The position numbers were made by a program, and so were the translations under genes. Positions 15,073-20,000 of a stretch of 20,000 bases of DNA are shown here, piece by piece. Under the pieces are notes generated by a model. It was not told where the DNA came from, did no database searches, and worked only from the letters and a program-made list of their open reading frames with translations. The DNA is from Candidatus Woesearchaeota archaeon (lineage in GTDB: Archaea; Nanobdellota; Nanobdellia; Woesearchaeales; JABGXB01): positions 551,607-571,606 of the forward strand of contig JABGXB010000002.1 of NCBI GenBank assembly GCA_018675975.1, written 5' to 3'. Positions within the stretch are counted from its first letter, which is position 1, and every line of letters starts with the position of its first letter.

Positions 15073-16215
15073 ATGGTAAAACAAATTGTAAATCCTTATG
15101 AAGTAAAAGGAAGTATTGATTATGATAAATTAGTTGATGAATTTGGTGTTAGTAAGATAAATAATAAATTATTAAATGAAATTGAAAAAAATGTTGGTGA
15201 ACTTCATTTTTTATTAAGGCGTGGTTATTTTTTTTCACACAGAGATTTGGATAAATTATTAAAAAGATATTCGAAGGGTGAAAAATTTGTTTTATATACT
15301 GGGAGAGGCCCTAGTGGAAGTACTACTATAGGTCATTTATTATCTTGGGTTTTTACAAAATGGTTGGCAGATAAATTTGATGTTAAAACTTATTTTCAAA
15401 TTACTGATGATGAAAAATTTTTATTCAATCCGAACTTAAATTTAACTGAAACTAATAAATTGGCATATGAAGCAGCATTAGATTTTATTGCTTTAGGTTT
15501 TAAAGAAGAAAATTTAGATGTTATAGTAAATACTAATGCGGCTGATATTTTATATCCTGTTGCTATTAGAATTGCAAAAAAATTAACTCTTTCATCTGTT
15601 AAAGCAAGTATGGGTTTTAATGATAGTTCAAATATTGGTATTAATTTTTATACTGCAATGCAATCAGTTCCTGTTTTCTTAGAGTCAATTAGACAAAAAA
15701 AAAATGTTCCTGTTTTAATTCCATATGGTATAGATCAAGATAATCATTTTAGATTAACAAGAGATGTTGCTGAAAAATTAGGTTTTTTAAAACCGTTTAC
15801 TATTAATTGTAAATTTATGCCTGGGTTAAAAAGTAATGATGGAAAAATGAATGCTTCTGATCCGAATTCTGCAATTTATACTACTGATGATGAAAAAACT
15901 GTTATCAATAAAATTAAAAAGGCACAAACAGGTGGACGTGAAACAATTACAGAACAAAAAAAATTAGGTGGAAGACCAAAAGAGTGTAATGTTTATTCAT
16001 ATTATGATTTATTTTTTGAACCAGATGACAATAAATTAAAAACTATTTATTCAAATTGTGTGGGTGGAAGCTTACTTTGTGGTGAATGTAAACTAATGCT
16101 TGCAAATAAAGTAAATGTATTTTTAAAAAAACATCAAATAGAAAGACATAAGGCAAAAAGTAAGTTGAAAAATTATTTTTTAAAAAAAGATTTTGATACA
16201 ATTAGAATTGATTAA
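15073..16215 (+). CDS. trpS: Tryptophanyl-tRNA synthetase, archaeal type
   Basis: VNPYEV.G.IDYDKL..EFG, YTGRGPSG..TIGH, TDDEKFL, IPYGIDQDNHFRLTRD, KMNAS, TGGR, and CGECK. Confidence 0.97.
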   Translation: MVKQIVNPYEVKGSIDYDKLVDEFGVSKINNKLLNEIEKNVGELHFLLRRGYFFSHRDLDKLLKRYSKGEKFVLYTGRGPSGSTTIGHLLSWVFTKWLADKFDVKTYFQITDDEKFLFNPNLNLTETNKLAYEAALDFIALGFKEENLDVIVNTNAADILYPVAIRIAKKLTLSSVKASMGFNDSSNIGINFYTAMQSVPVFLESIRQKKNVPVLIPYGIDQDNHFRLTRDVAEKLGFLKPFTINCKFMPGLKSNDGKMNASDPNSAIYTTDDEKTVINKIKKAQTGGRETITEQKKLGGRPKECNVYSYYDLFFEPDDNKLKTIYSNCVGGSLLCGECKLMLANKVNVFLKKHQIERHKAKSKLKNYFLKKDFDTIRID

Positions 16216-16354
16216 TTTTAAAATATAGTTTGCTATATCGATATTGGAATTTATTTTTTATATTATTTCTTTTTTATAACTGTCAACTCAATAACAAAAG
16301 GTTTAAATATAGTCCTTTTTGAAAAAACCATATAAAAATTAAAAGGGGTTGATT

Positions 16355-17650
16355 ATGGAAAAAATAATTAGAAAGATAGATGGGATGAATACTAAAGTAA
16401 AAGAGGGATTTGTTAAGGTTAGACACGACATTTCTTCTGTTGTTAATAAACAAAGTGAATTTATTGATTTCTTTTCAAAAAAAATTGCTGATGTTGAAAG
16501 AAATTCATTATCCAAAAAAGAAGTTTCAAAAGTTGATGTAAAAGTAAATGATGTACATACTCAAATTTCTGATTTACAAGAGGCTGTTGATCAGCTTAAT
16601 ATAGAGAGTGAACTTAGAGAAATGAAAAATTTGGTTCTAGATAAAAAAACACTAGATAGTGAATATGCTAATATTTCTGAATTAAATAAACTTGAAGCTG
16701 AATTAAATAAACTTACTGATGCAATTGAATCTTTAAAAGAAAAATTATCCAAGAGTGAAAATTTTGTAACTAAAGATAATTTAAAAGAAATTTCTGAATC
16801 TATTATGATTGAAGTAGGGGATAAATTTAATCCTTTAAAAGAACAAAATGAAAATTTATTAACTACTGTTCAAGATTTGAAAAATAATTTTGAAACATTT
16901 AAGGAAAATAATAAGGATTCATCTTCAATTAGTTTATTAAAAGATGATATGGATCTTTTAAAAAATAAAGTGAGTGATTTTGATGATTTGAATGAAAATT
17001 TAGAACAATTGAATTCATTAAAATCAGACTTTGAAACTTTTAAAAGTGATAATGATGATTCTTTAGCAAATTTGAAAAATAATGTTATGAATGATATAAG
17101 AAATGAAATGAGTAGTTTAAGATCTGAATTAGAAATATTAAAAGAAAATTCTGTTAATAGTCAATTTGAAGATCAATTTAGAGATTCAGTTGCTGATATT
17201 AATAACAGTATTGGTGAATTAAAACATAATCTAGATGATGTTAAATTGTCAAATGATGATTCTAATGCTAGTCAAAGATTAGAAGTTTTAGAAGGGACTG
17301 TTAAGAATGTAGAATTTGATACTCAAAAAGAATTATTAAATTTTTCAAGTACATTTTCTAACTATATAACAAAAGATCATTTGGATTCACAATTATTATT
17401 ATTTAGACAATCTATGACTGAAGCTATGGGTGAAATAATTGATGAGAGATCTAATGGTGAATCTTTTTATGATTCTATTGATGAAAAAGAATCAAAAAAA
17501 AACGTAGTTAAAAAAAGTATAAAAAAAGAAACTCCTAAGGTTTTAAAAGAAGAAGTTAATAGTAATGATAATGTTGCAGAAGTAAAAGAAGAAAAGAAAT
17601 CTACTTGGAATAAAATTGTTGATTTTTTTATTGACGATGACGATGAGTAA
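16355..17650 (+). CDS. Long acidic coiled-coil protein
   Basis: Heptad-rich over ~350 aa, with an SD-like AGGGGTTGA before ATG 16355 and a C-terminal WNKIVDFF followed by an acidic tail. Confidence 0.75.
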   Translation: MEKIIRKIDGMNTKVKEGFVKVRHDISSVVNKQSEFIDFFSKKIADVERNSLSKKEVSKVDVKVNDVHTQISDLQEAVDQLNIESELREMKNLVLDKKTLDSEYANISELNKLEAELNKLTDAIESLKEKLSKSENFVTKDNLKEISESIMIEVGDKFNPLKEQNENLLTTVQDLKNNFETFKENNKDSSSISLLKDDMDLLKNKVSDFDDLNENLEQLNSLKSDFETFKSDNDDSLANLKNNVMNDIRNEMSSLRSELEILKENSVNSQFEDQFRDSVADINNSIGELKHNLDDVKLSNDDSNASQRLEVLEGTVKNVEFDTQKELLNFSSTFSNYITKDHLDSQLLLFRQSMTEAMGEIIDERSNGESFYDSIDEKESKKNVVKKSIKKETPKVLKEEVNSNDNVAEVKEEKKSTWNKIVDFFIDDDDE

Positions 17651-18143
17651 ATTCTCTTCGGAGAATTATTCCTTTATCTAATATATTTTTAAAAAATATT
17701 TTTGTAAAATTTTTTTGTTTTTTATCATTTTTTATTTTTTTTACTATTCCTAATATATTTCCTTTATTATTTAATACTAAAAACCTTCCATCTGTTTTTC
17801 CTGAAAATGAATCATCTGTAAGATCTCTACCACATAAAAATAAAAATTCTTTTGTTTTATTTATTGTTTTTTTATTTTTTACTTTATCACATATTAGGTC
17901 TAAAAAATTAAAACTTGGACTAAATTTCCCATCAATATCACCCATATATAATCCTGCAAATTTTACATTATTATTATTAAATTCATTTAAGTGTTTATAT
18001 AATTCATTTGAAATTAAAAAAATATCTTTTTTTATTTTTATTAAAATATTATTTTTTAAGTCGATATTATCAACATATAATGAATAATCTTTTAAAAAAA
18101 TATTAATTTTTTTAATATCATTATCATTTAATTTATTTTTCAT
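17628..18143 (-). CDS. Nip7/UPF0113-like PUA-domain ribosome biogenesis protein
   Basis: AGLYMG..F.PSF, EFLFLCGRDL, LVLNNKGNILG and ILDKGIILRRE match the Nip7 pattern (FLYGrD...D.G.YLR). Confidence 0.75.
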   Translation of the reverse strand: MKNKLNDNDIKKINIFLKDYSLYVDNIDLKNNILIKIKKDIFLISNELYKHLNEFNNNNVKFAGLYMGDIDGKFSPSFNFLDLICDKVKNKKTINKTKEFLFLCGRDLTDDSFSGKTDGRFLVLNNKGNILGIVKKIKNDKKQKNFTKIFFKNILDKGIILRREFTHRHRQ

Positions 18144-18173
18144 AAATATTGGATATTTTTGTATTATAAAAAT

Positions 18174-20000
18174 CTAACTGATTAAAAAATTAATATTAAA
18201 ATTTTCAGAAATAACCTTGCTTAATTCATATTTTTCAATAACAATATTTAATTTTTGATGTGCATTTTGTAATTTTTCTAATTCTTCTTCAATTTTTTTA
18301 CTATTTTCTTCTATATGTGTTTCTTTATATTCAATATCCATTTCATCTTGGGTTATTGTATTTAAATTAATTTTATTTAATACTTTTTTTAATTCTTCAT
18401 TTTTTTCTTTATATTGTTTTAATTGATTTAATAATATTTGAACTTGTTCAATATTTATTTTTTTATTAATTTCCATTTGTTTTTTTAAAAAATTAATTAA
18501 TTCATGATTTAAATCATTTTTTAATGTTTCATGAACATCTTTTATATATAATTTTAATATTGGTGATAATATATAAATTTCGGATTCTGCAAATATGTCG
18601 TCTTTATTTTTTATAAATAATTCATTAATTCTATTTGATAATTTTTTTAATTCTTCTTTTAAATTTTTTAATTGTGCATTTTTTTCTTTATATTCTTTAA
18701 ATTGATCTGAATTTTTTATTTTTTCTTTTTGTAAATCCATTTTTTCTTTATATTCTTCAATTCTATTTAAATATGATTTTCTTCTTTCAATTTCTCTAAT
18801 TACTTTATCTTTTAATTGCATTTTAGTAAATGTGTCTTGTAATTTTTGTTGTAATTCATTAATAATTTCAACTGTTTTTAAACTAAATACTTCTTTTAAG
18901 TGTTCTGCATTATTTTTTATTATATTTATTGATTTAGTTATAATTTTAAAATTTTCTACATAATTAGCTTCGTTCATTACAGATAATGTAGTTTCATATT
19001 CTTTTAATGCAATACTGATATTTTCATAATATAATTTTACCCTTTTTAATCCTCGAGTTTTTGGAGTTATAAATTTATTATTTATTAAAGTTAATTCTGT
19101 AATTAATTTTCTTTTATCTCTTAAAATTTTCATATCATTTTCAGGTACTTCTTTAGTATTAATTATTTTAATTTCATTTTGAATAATTTTAACTTGTTCT
19201 CCGATTATTTTATATGCAGTATTAATCTTTTTTTCCATAAATAAATATATTTTATCTCTTTGTTCTTCTAAAAATGCATTAACTTTATTTATATCTAATT
19301 TTATTACTTTTTTATCTATGTCATCAAATATTTCTTCATTAAATTTTTGTTTTTCTTTTTGTTTATTTATTATTTGATCTCCATATAATCTTTCTTTAAT
19401 TAATTTTTCTTCGAGTTCTTTATCCATTATATTTGTTTTTGGATTAGTTTCAATTTTTTTTATTTTTTTAGTTTCTTCATCAATTTCATCATTTTTTTTT
19501 TCACCAAATTTTTTTAATATATTTTGTCTAAATTCATCTTTAATTCTATTTTTAATGAAATTTTGTCCATTTTTAATTTGTTCTTTTATTTTTTCAACAT
19601 TAGTTTTTTTATCTTCTTCAGTTTCTTTTTTTACAAATTCAATTTCTTCTTTGTTAGATTCTTTATTTTCTTTTTCTTCTGATTTTTCAGTTTGAATTTT
19701 AACTTCTGATTCTATTTTCTTTTGAATTATTTCCTCATCAAAATATTTTTCAGAACTTGGTATATAAAAAGAATCATCAAAATTTTGTTTTTTAACATTT
19801 ACATTATAATTTTTTGAATTTTCTACAGTTTCTTTTAAAATGTTTAATTTATTTTCTTCGGTTTCCTTATCTTGAATATCTTCATTTTCAATATTATTTA
19901 TTTCTTCTAATTCCTCACTTATTTCTTTTTCATTCATTTCTTCTATTTCATTATTTTTATTTTGAATATCTTCATTTTCAATATTATTTATTTCTTCAAA
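18174..20000 (-). CDS. Large K/E/N-rich coiled-coil protein; 5'-partial
   Basis: The reading frame stays open from 19937 to the window edge (FEEINNIENEDIQNKNNEIEE-M...). It has an acidic low-complexity N-terminal region and a long coiled coil. Confidence 0.75.
   Translation of the reverse strand, partial: FEEINNIENEDIQNKNNEIEEMNEKEISEELEEINNIENEDIQDKETEENKLNILKETVENSKNYNVNVKKQNFDDSFYIPSSEKYFDEEIIQKKIESEVKIQTEKSEEKENKESNKEEIEFVKKETEEDKKTNVEKIKEQIKNGQNFIKNRIKDEFRQNILKKFGEKKNDEIDEETKKIKKIETNPKTNIMDKELEEKLIKERLYGDQIINKQKEKQKFNEEIFDDIDKKVIKLDINKVNAFLEEQRDKIYLFMEKKINTAYKIIGEQVKIIQNEIKIINTKEVPENDMKILRDKRKLITELTLINNKFITPKTRGLKRVKLYYENISIALKEYETTLSVMNEANYVENFKIITKSINIIKNNAEHLKEVFSLKTVEIINELQQKLQDTFTKMQLKDKVIREIERRKSYLNRIEEYKEKMDLQKEKIKNSDQFKEYKEKNAQLKNLKEELKKLSNRINELFIKNKDDIFAESEIYILSPILKLYIKDVHETLKNDLNHELINFLKKQMEINKKINIEQVQILLNQLKQYKEKNEELKKVLNKINLNTITQDEMDIEYKETHIEENSKKIEEELEKLQNAHQKLNIVIEKYELSKVISENFNINFLIS
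19872..19997. repeat. 36-bp exact direct repeat with a 90-bp period, in frame (EEINNIENEDIQ)
   Basis: ttgaatatcttcattttcaatattatttatttcttc occurs at 19872-19907 and at 19962-19997. Confidence 0.9.

Noticed and set aside
19872..19997. CRISPR array (36-bp repeat)
   Set aside because: Only two copies, a 54-bp spacer, an in-frame 90-bp period within an open coding frame, and no cas genes.
16355..20000. SMC/Rad50 identity for the coiled-coil proteins
   Set aside because: No Walker A/B, signature, hinge or CxxC hook motifs are visible.

Overview
A very AT-rich (roughly 20-25% GC by eye), gene-dense archaeal chromosome segment, probably from a DPANN lineage such as Woesearchaeota (inference). The archaeal backbone consists of a 5'-truncated HerA/FtsK-like ATPase, NAC, Sec61beta, Sm-rpl37e-tRNA-Leu(UAG), a 947-aa S-layer protein with an adjacent Sec11-type signal peptidase, Orc1/Cdc6, an MFS transporter, a SAM methyltransferase, TrpRS, a Nip7/PUA protein and two long coiled-coil proteins. 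Three bacterial-type genes sit within this backbone: an RsuA/RluB-family pseudouridine synthase, an RppH-like Nudix hydrolase and a full-length RelA/SpoT homologue (HD-SYNTH-TGS-ZFD-ACT). The RSH keeps its synthetase and tRNA/ribosome-sensing motifs but has a degenerate hydrolase site (HD->HG, ED lost) and lies 31 bp downstream of the Nudix gene. Together these are a candidate archaeal stringent-response module, a RelA-like synthetase plus a Nudix alarmone eraser. Other points of interest are a C-terminal PIP-box-like motif on Cdc6, a structured S-layer leader, and a hairpin-flanked 41-aa ORF with a strong SD. No CRISPR array, rRNA or recognisable mobile element was seen.
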